Origin: Nitrospira sp.
GTDB lineage: Bacteria; Nitrospirota; Nitrospiria; Nitrospirales; Nitrospiraceae
Length of the DNA: 64,000 bases
Assembly (NCBI GenBank): GCA_047150005.1
Contig: AP038806.1
Span: forward strand, 800,001-864,000
Reading direction: 5' to 3'
Part shown: piece after piece, positions 9,235 through 19,599 of the stretch
Layout of the letters: each line of letters begins with the position of its first letter
How positions within the stretch are numbered: position 1 is the stretch's first letter
Notes under the pieces: generated by a model
What the model was told of the DNA's origin: nothing
Database searches by the model: none
What the model saw: the letters and a program-made list of their open reading frames with translations, nothing else
Translations under genes and position numbers: made by a program

Positions 9235-10728
9235 TTACGAGACGATGCTCATCTCAAAGACGTGATACCCCCAACCCGGCCTGTCGAGGAAGAGGCCTCG
9301 TGCCTGAAGATCCTCTCCCTTGTAGTCGTACGACGCCGCCGGGGACATCAAGTCTGAAAATCGCACCGTGTGGCCTGGGAGATCCGAGAATGGAAGCCGG
9401 ACATGGCACTGACTCTGGTTCGCGGCATAGTTGACTGCCACAATGAGCCGTTCTCGGTCTCCTCCTTGCCAGAGAAAAGCCAGGAAGCAATCACCCGTCC
9501 AGTTGCCGTCCCATCCCGGTGCACATTCAAGTAATTGCCACTGACCGTCGCGCACGATCTGTCGTCGAAGCACCTCAAGGAGCTCGTCATAAAACAAATG
9601 GAGCGTGTTGTCGGGCGTTTCCTGCGGCGCCCTCACCAGATGTGGCGAAATGCGCTTTCGTCTACCTTCAAACTGTCCCTGATGGAAGAAGCGCAGCCCC
9701 TGCGATAAGAAGGTAATCACCGCGGCAGCCTTGTGCATATCGGTCGCAAATGTGGCGGCAGCTCTGGGTTCGTCATGATTTTCCAAAAACCTCGCCATTT
9801 TGGTCTGATAATTGGGGTCCGCGCACAAATGCTCTCGAACCGGCCTGGCGTGGCCCTCACGCAAGCGATCGTACAAACGTTTGTCGTAGGTATAGTCGAA
9901 CCCCTGCTGCTGTAAGGTCCATTCGAGGTCCCAGTAGACCTCAGCCATGAACAAGAAGCCGGGGGATTGTTTCCGGACTCGTTCGGTGGCTTTTGGCCAG
10001 AAGAGGTCTGCTTTCCGCCCCCAGGTGCGCTCAAAGACGTCGGGCAAGACCAGCATGGCCATATCGCAACGGACCCCATCACATTGCCGGGCGATCTTGA
10101 GCAATTCGCCGATCATGGCCTCTTGCGTGGCGGCATTGCTGTAATCGAGCTGCAGGGTATCGGGCCATCCAGCGAAATAGGGATCACGCCCATAGGCGAG
10201 AATCATCTCGCCGGCTTTCCGCTTAATGCGCGTATAGTTCTGCGGCGCATTCGCCAGATCCTGTTCGCTCCCGCTCACGTAATACTCCGGATGTTCCTCG
10301 ACCCATGGATGATCCGGACCCGTGTGATTGGGCACGAAGTCGAGGAGCAGCTTCAAACCTCGATTTTTGAGACGTTCGCGCAGCCGTGCCAGGGCCGGAT
10401 CACCTCCCAGCGCGGAGTGGACCGAGTAGCCGGTGATCGCAAATCCGGAGCCGGGAATATCCTCATCACGCAAATCGGGCAGCGTCTCTTCGAACTCTCG
10501 GCGCCATTCAGGGTTGGTACGTGAGACACGCTTCGCTGCCTCACCCGTTTGCCAGACGCTCAAGAACCAGATCCACTCGAAGCCGAGTTTTGCAAGTTGA
10601 TCGAGTTCAGCATCAGGAATGTCGTCGAGCGTTGCAGGTCGGCCGAGAGACTTGGACAGATCCGTGAGCCAGACCCGAGCGTTGATCTGATAGAGAAGCG
10701 GATGACTCGAGGACTTTTTCGATTTCAT
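9235..10728 (-). CDS. GH13 alpha-amylase family glycoside hydrolase
   Basis: LDFVPNH, DGVRCDMA, AEVYW and FLENHD conserved regions. Confidence 0.9.
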   Translation of the reverse strand: MKSKKSSSHPLLYQINARVWLTDLSKSLGRPATLDDIPDAELDQLAKLGFEWIWFLSVWQTGEAAKRVSRTNPEWRREFEETLPDLRDEDIPGSGFAITGYSVHSALGGDPALARLRERLKNRGLKLLLDFVPNHTGPDHPWVEEHPEYYVSGSEQDLANAPQNYTRIKRKAGEMILAYGRDPYFAGWPDTLQLDYSNAATQEAMIGELLKIARQCDGVRCDMAMLVLPDVFERTWGRKADLFWPKATERVRKQSPGFLFMAEVYWDLEWTLQQQGFDYTYDKRLYDRLREGHARPVREHLCADPNYQTKMARFLENHDEPRAAATFATDMHKAAAVITFLSQGLRFFHQGQFEGRRKRISPHLVRAPQETPDNTLHLFYDELLEVLRRQIVRDGQWQLLECAPGWDGNWTGDCFLAFLWQGGDRERLIVAVNYAANQSQCHVRLPFSDLPGHTVRFSDLMSPAASYDYKGEDLQARGLFLDRPGWGYHVFEMSIVS

Positions 10729-13436
10729 GAGTTCCCTCCCGCGGCTTTAAAGGCTCCCAGCTTGCCCCCTTGGAGGGCGGTCTTCGGATCCAGAAAACCG
10801 AAGAGCCGGATGAGGCTGGCGACCAACCCCGTCCAGCCGGTCTGGTGACTGGCGCCGAGGCCGGCGCCGTTGTCGCCGTGAAAGTATTCGTAAAAGAGAA
10901 TGTGGTCCTTCCAATGGGGATCCTCTTGGAATGTTTTGGCTCCCCCGTACACGGGACGATGCCCGTTGCCATCCCGGAGGAAGATCCGCGCGAGTCGGTC
11001 GGTAATCTCCTTGGCCACGTCAAACAAGTTCATCATCCGACCCGATCCCGTCGGACATTCGATTTTGAAGTTGTCCCCATAATAGAGATAGAAGTTCAAG
11101 AGGGCGCGGATGATGAGGCTATTCACCGGCATCCAGATGGGGCCTCGCCAGTTCGAGTTCCCTCCGAACATTCCAGTGTCCGACTCGCCGGGCAGGTAAT
11201 CCACGCGATATTCCTGGCCCTGGACATGAAAGATGTAGGGATGTTTCTGATGGAATTTGGACAGCGAACGGATACCGTAAGGACTGAGGAACTCCTCCTC
11301 GTCGAGCAGCTTCGTGAGGATGCGGCGAAGCCGCTCCTCATTGAGGAGTGCCATCATTCCCCTGTCCTCCACCCCGTAATGTCCTGGACCGGTGGGATGG
11401 ATGGACTGACTCAATTCGGGCATCGTCTGTACGCGCTCCCGATAATGCGCCACCGTTTTAGGAATTCGGTCGCGTTGCCACGGTTCGATGATGGTCGTGG
11501 CGCACAAGGGTAGGAGTCCGACCATGGAACGTACTTTAAGCCTCGTCGCACTACCGTCGGGGAGCCGGAGGATGTCGTAGTAAAATCCGTCCTCCTCATC
11601 CCACATGCCATCGGCGCCGGATTGGTTCATCGCTGCGGCGATCCACAAAAAATGCTCGAAGAATTTCGCGGCTACGTCGTCGTACGCAGGGTCCTCGGTC
11701 GCGAGCTCTACGGCGAGTTCGGCCATGTTCTGGTTGAAGAGGGCCATCCAGGACGTGCCGTCGGCCTGTTCCAAGTACCCTCCGGTGGGCAACGGGGCGC
11801 TGCGGTCAAAGACGCCGATGTTGTCGAGCCCTAAAAACCCTCCCTCAAAGACATTCTTGCCGAAGCGGTCTTTCCGGTTCACCCACCACGTGAAATTCAT
11901 GACTAATCTCGCGAAGGCTGACCTGAGAAACTGGGTGTCGACAATACCCCGTCGCGCCAGAAACAGCGTCGCCCAGGCGTGGACGGGCGGATTGACGTCG
12001 CTAAAGTTCCACTCGTAGGCAGGAATCTGGCCGTTCGGATGGAGATACGTCGGGCTGAGCATCAGATCGAGCTGCTCTTTCGCGAACGCAGGATCGACAA
12101 CCCCAAGCGCAATCGTATGAAACGCGAGATCCCACGCGGCATACCAGGGATACTCCCACTTGTCGGGCATCGAAATAATGTCGTCATTCACCATGTGAAA
12201 CCACTCGCGATTGCGAATGATCCTGCTGCCTTTGTGCAGCGGGTGAGCGTTATGCTCGTCGAGCCACTGGTTTGCGTCGAAGTAATAGTATTGCTTACTC
12301 CAAAGCATGCCGGCGAAGGCCTGGCGCATCACGCTGGCCCGGTCACGGTCCACCTTAATGGACGGCGGAGTCACACTGTCATAAAACTCATCCGCCTCTT
12401 TCAGCCGCTGCTCCATGGTGGCATCAAACGTCCCGAAAGGAATAGAGAGCCTGCCGGGTTCCGTCTGGGTCAAACGAAGCCGCACCACTTGGGTGGCTTC
12501 AGGACCGACGCTCACTTGATAGTGGGCTGAAGCCTTCGTGCCGCCATCCCGATTCACCACGTCCTGCTGTCCATGAACGATATAGTTGTGAATGCCGTCC
12601 TTCACATAGGCGCTCTGGTTTTGTCCTCCAAAGAGTCGTGCGTTGTTTGTTTCGTTCTCGGTAAAGAGCAGCGGAACCGTTCCCTCGCAGAACAAATAAT
12701 AGTCTTTCAGCTCCTTTTGGAACAGGGGATCGGTGTGGTGCGCATAAATCACACTGCTTGTTGACGTCTTCACTGGCTTCAGCACGGGTTTCGAGCCGCC
12801 TTTTGCCCACGACCAGGTGTTGCGAAACCACAGGGTCGGCAGCAGATGCAATGTCGCCTTCTCTCTCCCACGATTGTGGACGGTGATCTTGACGAGGATG
12901 TCATCAGGGGAGTCTTTCGCGTACTCCACAAAGACATCGAAATAGCGATCTTGATCAAACACACCGGTGTCGAGCAGCTCGAATTCCATCTCGTTGCGGC
13001 TTCGGCCACGATTGGCGTTGACGAGATCACCATAGGGAAACGCGGTCTGCGGATATTTGTAGAGATATTTCATGTACGAGTGTGTGGGCGTGCTATCGAG
13101 GTAGAAGTAATATTCCTTCACGTCCTCGCCATGGTTGGCTTCACTATTCGTGAGGCCGTAGATTCGTTCCTTTAAGATCGGGTCTTTCCCGTTCCAGAGC
13201 GCGAGCGCGAAACATAGTACTTGATGGTTATCGGAGATCCCGGCGAGTCCGTCCTCACCCCAACGATAGGCTCGCGACCGGGCCTGGTCGTGACTAAAGT
13301 AATTCCACGCATCACCATTGTCACTGTAGTCCTCACGAACAGTCCCCCATTGCCGCTCGCTCAAATACGGGCCCCAGCGTTTCCAGTTCTCACCATCATC
13401 CGACAGTCGAGTATGCTCAGGGGTTGATGCCATCAT
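10725..13436 (-). CDS. MGH1-like/GH63 glucosidase
   Basis: WGPYLSERQWGTVREDYS, MPDKWEYPWYAAWD, NWRGPIW and EYFHGDNGAGLGASHQTGWT motifs; ATGA overlap with the GH13 gene. Confidence 0.9.
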   Translation of the reverse strand: MMASTPEHTRLSDDGENWKRWGPYLSERQWGTVREDYSDNGDAWNYFSHDQARSRAYRWGEDGLAGISDNHQVLCFALALWNGKDPILKERIYGLTNSEANHGEDVKEYYFYLDSTPTHSYMKYLYKYPQTAFPYGDLVNANRGRSRNEMEFELLDTGVFDQDRYFDVFVEYAKDSPDDILVKITVHNRGREKATLHLLPTLWFRNTWSWAKGGSKPVLKPVKTSTSSVIYAHHTDPLFQKELKDYYLFCEGTVPLLFTENETNNARLFGGQNQSAYVKDGIHNYIVHGQQDVVNRDGGTKASAHYQVSVGPEATQVVRLRLTQTEPGRLSIPFGTFDATMEQRLKEADEFYDSVTPPSIKVDRDRASVMRQAFAGMLWSKQYYYFDANQWLDEHNAHPLHKGSRIIRNREWFHMVNDDIISMPDKWEYPWYAAWDLAFHTIALGVVDPAFAKEQLDLMLSPTYLHPNGQIPAYEWNFSDVNPPVHAWATLFLARRGIVDTQFLRSAFARLVMNFTWWVNRKDRFGKNVFEGGFLGLDNIGVFDRSAPLPTGGYLEQADGTSWMALFNQNMAELAVELATEDPAYDDVAAKFFEHFLWIAAAMNQSGADGMWDEEDGFYYDILRLPDGSATRLKVRSMVGLLPLCATTIIEPWQRDRIPKTVAHYRERVQTMPELSQSIHPTGPGHYGVEDRGMMALLNEERLRRILTKLLDEEEFLSPYGIRSLSKFHQKHPYIFHVQGQEYRVDYLPGESDTGMFGGNSNWRGPIWMPVNSLIIRALLNFYLYYGDNFKIECPTGSGRMMNLFDVAKEITDRLARIFLRDGNGHRPVYGGAKTFQEDPHWKDHILFYEYFHGDNGAGLGASHQTGWTGLVASLIRLFGFLDPKTALQGGKLGAFKAAGGNS

Positions 13437-14062
13437 GTCCTCCGTGGTGTCAGCGGTTTTCTACGGCAAACATATTCTCGCTTTTGTAGCCAGTTGGTCA
13501 TGTGTCACCTATCCACACACATTGATGCTGTAATCAAGCGGCTACAGAGGTACGGCAAACGAAGTGTAATTGGTGGATCCGTATGGGACATCCATAAAAG
13601 AATGCTCCTGAATCCCAAGAAGGGGGAAAAATAATATTGCGGCCCGGAACAATAGTCAAGTTGATGTTGAGCCCTAAGGAGGCTGGTTCTGTGCCAAAGT
13701 TTATGTGATTCCTCAAGGAATATGCACCGTTAAAAGCAACAGATGCAGAAGAAGAGTGGGCGAGCGTGAGGGAGCATTTCCGTCGCAGGACCAGTGCCAT
13801 GGGGTGCTAGCCTGGAGATCCTCTGGTGAAGTACCTGCCTGCACATGGTCAGGGATGGCTCTTTGATACCTAGTTGACAGTGTGATTCTTTCAGGTGTAG
13901 CTTGCTCCCCCCTGACGTTCCAGTGACTGTGGCTGCGACTTTTTGGTTTCAGCGCGTCACTTGCGTGTCAATCTCGACGCAGCCCCTTCACTCCTACGCC
14001 AGAGTTCTTAAAAGACATCTGCAGCATTCGCAGTGAGCGTCCGAACTACGACTGGAGGAGAT

Positions 14063-14302
14063 ATGGCGGCGCCACGACCTGTCATCGCTCGCATTCTGCA
14101 TGCGGTCAAACAAGCGCAACCGTGTGATTTGGATAGTTTGGAGACCGGTCTACCGGAACTCTCATGGAATCAGGTGTTTGTGGAAATTGATCGCTTAAGC
14201 CGTGATGGTGCACTAATTGTGACCCGCGACGGCCGTGGTCAGTACATGATCCAGTTGGCGGCGCACAAAAAAGGGGTTATCTCCCCTCACGCCAGACATT
14301 AA
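14063..14302 (+). CDS. Small winged-helix-like protein
   Basis: GGAGGAG RBS; C-L...PELSWNQVF-EIDRLSR-G pattern; paralog at 60401. Confidence 0.7.
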   Translation: MAAPRPVIARILHAVKQAQPCDLDSLETGLPELSWNQVFVEIDRLSRDGALIVTRDGRGQYMIQLAAHKKGVISPHARH

Positions 14303-14368
14303 TTGGTGAACGTTACGCACTCCTGCCGATAATGAGATAGCTGAGTGGATAGGGTAATTTTACCGCCC

Positions 14369-15048
14369 ATGAAGCTCGCTCCCGTGAGCATCCTGTCTAT
14401 TTTCATCTGCCTGTTGCTTTATTCCTTTGCTTCCGCCGCGCAGCTGCCTGAAGGACATGAACTGACTTCGTCCAGTATCCTCAAGCCGTGGACGGGCGAT
14501 CTCGATGGGATGGTCGAACGGCGCGTCATTCACGCGCTTGTGGCACCATCTCGCACATCATATTGATGACGGCGCAGGGCTACCAGGAATCCCCGCTCGA
14601 TCAGGAGGCCCGAAGCCAAGTCGGCGCGATCGGAGTGATGCAACTGATGCCCGCGACCGCAGCTGAGATGAACACAGGTGACGTGACGAAGCTTGAACCG
14701 AACATCCACGCCGGCATTAAATATATGCGGTTCCTTCGAGACCAGCATTTTGAGAGCGAGCCGATGGACGCGCGCAATAAGATTCTTTTCCCGTTCGCTG
14801 CCTACAATGCCGGACCAGCCCGTGTTCAGAAACCCAGGACAGAAGCGAGGCAGCGTGGGCTTGATCCGAACGTCTGGTTTAACAATGTCGAGATTATCGC
14901 TGCGAGGCGGATCGGCGAAGAAACGGTCACTTACGTGGCCAATATCTATAAGATACTATGTTGCGTCCACGCTGGTCGAGAGCAACGAATTGCGCAGCAG
15001 CAGAAGGACCAGGGCGCACTCGCACAACCTGTTTCTACCCCTCGTTAG
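14369..15048 (+). pseudogene. mltF: MltF-like lytic transglycosylase, internally deleted and frameshifted
   Basis: N-terminal PWTGDLDGMVERRVI-ALV..SRT joined out of frame directly to the SLT domain (AQGYQES, GAIGVMQLMP, AAYNAGP); second frameshift at IYK/YYVA near 14953. Confidence 0.75.
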
Positions 15049-15205
15049 TCCATCTGCCAAACATGATGTCTGCATGGGCTGGCGGCTATCCCTTTCGAAA
15101 ATTAGCTCTTGCCTTGTTTGAAGGATTATCGGACTCTCCAGCGTACGTGTTCTCGTGTTTTCGACCTTTTCCTTCTCGCCACGACCATGACAGGAGGAGG
15201 GCCAG

Positions 15206-16711
15206 TTGATGCGCCAATCAGCTGCAGGGAAAGTGCTCGTCTACATCCTGGCTGGAATCGCTGGTGTCATTGGAGTGCTCATCGCCATTGCCTGGGTCAC
15301 AAGAACGCCGCTCTATATATTGAAAGCGGCCGACGTGCCGGAGTGCTTGACGCCGGCTCCCGATCGAGAGGTGTTGATTGGTCTCGCCGTCTCAGGCGGA
15401 GGCAGCCGGGCGGCGCTCTTCGCGGCAGGTGCGTACGAAGCGTTAGCCAAAGTTCGAGTCGGACCAGAACAGCAGTCGCTGCTGGAACAAGTGTCCTTCA
15501 TTTCGAGCGTGTCGGGCGGCAGCATGGCATCCAGCTATTTCGTGGCACACAAACCAGGGCATGCGGTGCCCGTTCTAGATGCAAGTGGGCGCGTCACGGA
15601 GGAATATCAGACATTCTTCGATCGGTTCAAAGCAGACATGAAGTTTGATCTCGAAGGCCTCATCCTCCGGCGTCAATTGCTTCGTCTGCGTTGGATGAAC
15701 CCAGCATGGACGGCCTGGTCTTTGGCGGAATTGCTCGATGAATCCTTTCTGAAGGGCATGACGCTTAAGGATGTGGCTCAGCGCGAGCAACAACACGACA
15801 GCCCGTACCTGCTGCTGAATAGTACGCTCTACAATAATGGCCGCCGCTTTGTCCTGAGCACATTACCCCGAGAGGCATCAGAGTACGATGTGTTCGCTGA
15901 TCTCAAACGGGTTAAGGACGGGCGCCAACCTGACGGCGACAGTGAACGTCTGTTGCGCACCCGGTGGGAAGCCTTGCAATCGGTCACGCCACAAGATATC
16001 AAGCTCGATACCTGTCGAGTACGACTCGCCTCTGCGGTTGTGGCTTCGATGTCGTTTCCTCCGGTTATTGGTCCCATCAGTTTCCAAGTGGAAGGGCAAG
16101 ATCAATACTGGCATGTTGGCGATGGGGGCTTGGCAGACAATACAGGAGGGGAATCGCTCCTGATGGTGTTCTTAAAGAAGCTTCAAGAGGGCAAAGCGAA
16201 GCGGGCCCTCATTATTTCCTTCGACAGTTCCTTTCCGTTCTTGGTCGGGGGCGAGGAATTGGGTCATCGGGCAGAAGGGTTCACGCTGTTCAGTTACGAC
16301 TTTTCTCGGATTCCAAGCATCATGGAGGAGCGGGCGACCGCGTATCGATCCTGGTTCTTACGAGTGGCGCAAAGACAAGGACTCATTCCTGACCAGAGCC
16401 GGCTTGCGTTCATCACACTTCGGCACACGGACGCGGAGTGGAAGGAGGACTTGAGCGATTTGCCCGAATCCTGCCGCGCCGATGACAACAAGATGAAGGC
16501 ACCCCGAGAAATCGTCCGTCGTTTGGCCGGCATCGCGACGCGGCTTTGGCTGGCTTCTCCCTGTGACCGTGATTTGACGCTCGCTGCGGCCGCGAAGGTG
16601 GTCGCTCAGAATGAAGGGAAAATCAGGAAGTTTCTAGAAGCGCCTTTGCCACCGCAGGACGCGAGGACCAGCGAGCCCGCTCAACACCGACGAGTACCGA
16701 AAGGAGTCTAA
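15206..16711 (+). CDS. Patatin-like phospholipase
   Basis: SGGGSRA, SSVSGGS nucleophile elbow, DGG motif; N-terminal TM helix. Confidence 0.85.
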   Translation: MMRQSAAGKVLVYILAGIAGVIGVLIAIAWVTRTPLYILKAADVPECLTPAPDREVLIGLAVSGGGSRAALFAAGAYEALAKVRVGPEQQSLLEQVSFISSVSGGSMASSYFVAHKPGHAVPVLDASGRVTEEYQTFFDRFKADMKFDLEGLILRRQLLRLRWMNPAWTAWSLAELLDESFLKGMTLKDVAQREQQHDSPYLLLNSTLYNNGRRFVLSTLPREASEYDVFADLKRVKDGRQPDGDSERLLRTRWEALQSVTPQDIKLDTCRVRLASAVVASMSFPPVIGPISFQVEGQDQYWHVGDGGLADNTGGESLLMVFLKKLQEGKAKRALIISFDSSFPFLVGGEELGHRAEGFTLFSYDFSRIPSIMEERATAYRSWFLRVAQRQGLIPDQSRLAFITLRHTDAEWKEDLSDLPESCRADDNKMKAPREIVRRLAGIATRLWLASPCDRDLTLAAAAKVVAQNEGKIRKFLEAPLPPQDARTSEPAQHRRVPKGV

Positions 16712-16887
16712 TGATGCAAAAATGGATGGCGCAATAGTGAACATCCCTATCGGCGTAGAGTGCGGTAAGGGTCAAAAACCATTTGTTTGTGAACCGCCCC
16801 AATCCAGATGTTCGATTCCTGGCAAACAAATAATTAGATGATGAGAAGAATGGGGATTGTGGCCCTCCCTTATTAACGGATGATCTG

Positions 16888-17274
16888 CGGCTTGTTTGTT
16901 CGCTCCCCTCCTCAGATCTCAGCACTTACCAATCAGTTGGATGATTCTGCTACCCGCCTCCTACCAATAGTCGGATTTGAGATGCCTCTGAGAATCGCAG
17001 ATCGTAGCTTCGATGTGTGGGGAGGAAAATCTCTTGCGGACTACGTAGTTTTACCTGGTGTCCCCAACGGGATTGGAGGGCTTTTGTAAAGGCCTGAATG
17101 GGTCGTGGGGCATACCCTTTAAGGGGTTCGTGAACGCGGCCTGACCTGCGGTTTACGAATTTCAGAAGATCCCACCTCAGACAACCTAACCCCACAAGAA
17201 ACCATAAGACAAGATGCCGCTGACATTGCTCTAGGGGGGTAAGTTGTCCTATCCTGGTAGCAACGTGGTAGCAG
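16888..17274. repeat. att-like site 2: left arm, core (17056-17074) and right arm; the most complete copy
   Basis: Left arm aligns with 26388-26562; core identical to the tRNA end; right arm aligns with the 7641, 19664 and 24399 copies. Confidence 0.9.
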
Positions 17275-17352
17275 ATGAGGATGAATAACCGCACATCGGG
17301 TAAGCCCAAAGGAATCTATAAGGAACCTACGGTGGACAGTGCGTTAAATCAT

Positions 17353-18267
17353 TCAAGATCGATGACCGCCGAACTGATCCGCGTAGAGCGAAACAAATTC
17401 CCTGACGCTCATCGCTGGCTGACCAGTTATCCGCTTTACGCCGTCTGCCATTCGGTCATACCGACCCGCACGATGTAACTCGGCCATCGTTATGAGATGC
17501 TGGGCCAAGTGCTCAGGCACTTGCGCCCTTTTTAGGTTTCGCTCCCAATCCTCGGGAGGGATGTCACGGTAGGTGACCTCCCGATTCAGCGCGTCTGTGA
17601 ATTCCTGGGCGACTCCGTGCAGGTCCTGTGACCTGAGGCCCGTAAGTTCGTATGTCTGGCCTAGGTGTGACTTGGGGTCGGCAAGAACGGCAGCGACGAC
17701 ACGCGCCACATCAGCAGCAGCAACCGGAGAAGTCTTCCCCCGTCCGAACGGCAACTCGATGCGGCTGTGGTCGCGGACCGTCGGACCGGCCAGAGGGAAA
17801 AAGCTCTCCAAGAACATCGTCGGTCGGATGGTGACGACCGGCAAGCCAGACCAGGCAAACGCCTGCTCACTCAGCCAGTGCTGCCGCTGCTGGCGGCTTG
17901 GGGTGGTGTTCTGGATACTCATCTGCGAAACAGTCATCTGGGACATGTTAACCAGTGCACTCACCCCGACTTCTCGAGCGACTGTCGCCATGGTCACCGC
18001 AGCCTCCAGGTACCCGGCCGACAGCGACATGCCGAAGTACACAGACTGGCAACCCTTCACGACCCGATAGACGTCTGCCGGTTCGAGTAAGTCTCCGACT
18101 GCCACCTCGGCGCCAGCGGCCCGCAAGGCCGCAGCCCGGTCGTCCTCTCGGCGGACCATGGCGCGAACCGGCAGACCGCGATCGAGGAGCAGGCTGGTCA
18201 CGCTTCGGCCAACTGCCCCGAGGTGACCGGCTGCCCCCGTTACAAGAATGGGTCCGTTATTTAGCAA
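17353..18267 (-). CDS. NmrA-like NAD(P)H-binding protein (atypical SDR)
   Basis: ILVTGAAGHLG Rossmann motif; IRPTMF and DVARV motifs. Confidence 0.85.
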   Translation of the reverse strand: MLNNGPILVTGAAGHLGAVGRSVTSLLLDRGLPVRAMVRREDDRAAALRAAGAEVAVGDLLEPADVYRVVKGCQSVYFGMSLSAGYLEAAVTMATVAREVGVSALVNMSQMTVSQMSIQNTTPSRQQRQHWLSEQAFAWSGLPVVTIRPTMFLESFFPLAGPTVRDHSRIELPFGRGKTSPVAAADVARVVAAVLADPKSHLGQTYELTGLRSQDLHGVAQEFTDALNREVTYRDIPPEDWERNLKRAQVPEHLAQHLITMAELHRAGRYDRMADGVKRITGQPAMSVREFVSLYADQFGGHRS

Positions 18268-18318
18268 TTTCCGCCTTTTTTCGACGCCGCGCTAGATTAT
18301 GGGAAAGCCTCCCCACCT

Positions 18319-18771
18319 TCAGTGAGGATGCGCTCCCTCAGGAATGGTGAACGTCACTGTCTTGGACTGCTGCTCGGGGACACCCTGATGGATGGCGCTT
18401 ACCAATTCGATCTGGATCTTGTGTGGCCCGGGTGGCAACAGGGCCACGTCGATCGGAGCAGTACTCATGTGCGCCCACAACCAAGGGAGGTCGTCCACGT
18501 GTATGTACAGATGTCCAACCCGTGGAGACGCGTTGAGGTGGTCCTTGCCGGACTCCGGCCCGATCTTCACGTTCTCCGCCCGCCACGTGATCCAGACGAT
18601 CCCCTGAGCCAGTAGCTCAGGCACCGGAGGATCGACGATCAGTTTGGCGGGAGGCTTGTTGCTCGGTGTAGATGTTTCGGCACTGGTACCTAGCAAGCTC
18701 TCGAAACCAGGTGAACTGTCAAAAGTAACAGGAGGACCAGGCCTTGGGATTGTCCCTAGTTCTGATCTCAA
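18319..18771 (-). CDS. DUF6130-like protein (N-terminus possibly degraded)
   Basis: PPAKLIVDPP-PE-LA-G, SPRVGHL-IHVDDLPW-WAH and LPPGPHKI-IEL motifs. Confidence 0.6.
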   Translation of the reverse strand: MRSELGTIPRPGPPVTFDSSPGFESLLGTSAETSTPSNKPPAKLIVDPPVPELLAQGIVWITWRAENVKIGPESGKDHLNASPRVGHLYIHVDDLPWLWAHMSTAPIDVALLPPGPHKIQIELVSAIHQGVPEQQSKTVTFTIPEGAHPH

Positions 18772-18989
18772 ACTCTCCTTTGTTTGAAATGAAGGTCGCT
18801 ATCACATTAGCCGAGGAGAGGAAGGAGGGAAACGTGCGGGGCGGCAGGAAAAGGCCGCGAGCGACTTATGGTAAGTATTCTCTCGTTCAATTCTGACTGA
18901 CCCAGGAGTTGCCCTGGAATCGGAGAATTCAGGGGCATAATATACATGACTGGACAGCTCCAGCAACGCTGCTTTCGAAGGAGGACGCT

Positions 18990-19469
18990 ATGCGGATTTT
19001 TGTTGCCGTCGACGAGTCCGAAAACTCTCATCGGGCTGTCAAGTACGTTGGATCTCTTTTGCACCGGACACCTGACGTGGCCGTCACGCTCTTTCATGTC
19101 CTCAAGCCTATACCTAGGGGACTGCTCGAGCATGGGGGATCGGAGAATCCGATCGTCGAAGCACAGATGGATCAGCAATTGCACAACGAACAGGCAGACT
19201 GGATTCGGAAGGAACGGGAATCCGAGTGTCATGTCCTGAAGAACGCATGCCAGATCTTGAAAGAGTCCGGATTTGACACGCAGCGCGTGACCTTGAAGTT
19301 TGGCCACGAGGACGACATCGCGAGAAATATTGTTGAAGAGGCGCGAGGTCACGAAACGATCGTGGTGGGGCGACATGGGACGTCCCGGATCAAACGTCTC
19401 TTCGGCGGCGGAGTGACCGATCAATTACTGCGCGATGCAAAGGGCTTTGCGATCTGGGTCGTGGAGTGA
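18990..19469 (+). CDS. Universal stress protein (UspA family)
   Basis: MRIFVAVDESE-S, TIVVGRHG, GGVTDQL; AGGAGG RBS. Confidence 0.9.
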   Translation: MRIFVAVDESENSHRAVKYVGSLLHRTPDVAVTLFHVLKPIPRGLLEHGGSENPIVEAQMDQQLHNEQADWIRKERESECHVLKNACQILKESGFDTQRVTLKFGHEDDIARNIVEEARGHETIVVGRHGTSRIKRLFGGGVTDQLLRDAKGFAIWVVE

Positions 19470-19599
19470 AACGGTGTTTGCTATCGCCTCCCCCCAAGTT
19501 CTGGTAATCGAGCAACGGGGTCGTCAGCAAGACCGGCGCCACGGTTGCCTGCGCGGATGGCGTTGCTGATCAGCGCATGGCAGAGATGATGATGGTTAT

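Larger units (their letters stand above)
7641..17055. mobile_element. Cargo cassette 1 (~9.4 kb) of the tRNA-Glu tandem array; possibly composite
   Basis: Bounded by direct-repeat cores at 7641 and 17056; no integrase inside. Confidence 0.7.

Noticed and set aside
13440..14030. ORF 13534-13800 or an ncRNA in the divergent intergenic region
   Set aside because: No recognisable motif, RBS or structure; treated as a promoter region
17056..17074. Additional tRNA genes at the repeat cores
   Set aside because: Only the 3' 19 nt are present; there is no D arm or anticodon arm
16950..17309. Similar minus-strand ORFs (7606-7986, 16950-17309, 24278-24550) sharing GLGCLR-DLL-FVNRRSG
   Set aside because: By-product of the repeated arm. 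Starts and ends differ, the frame is not kept at site 3, and the synonymous pattern favours the plus-strand tail frame
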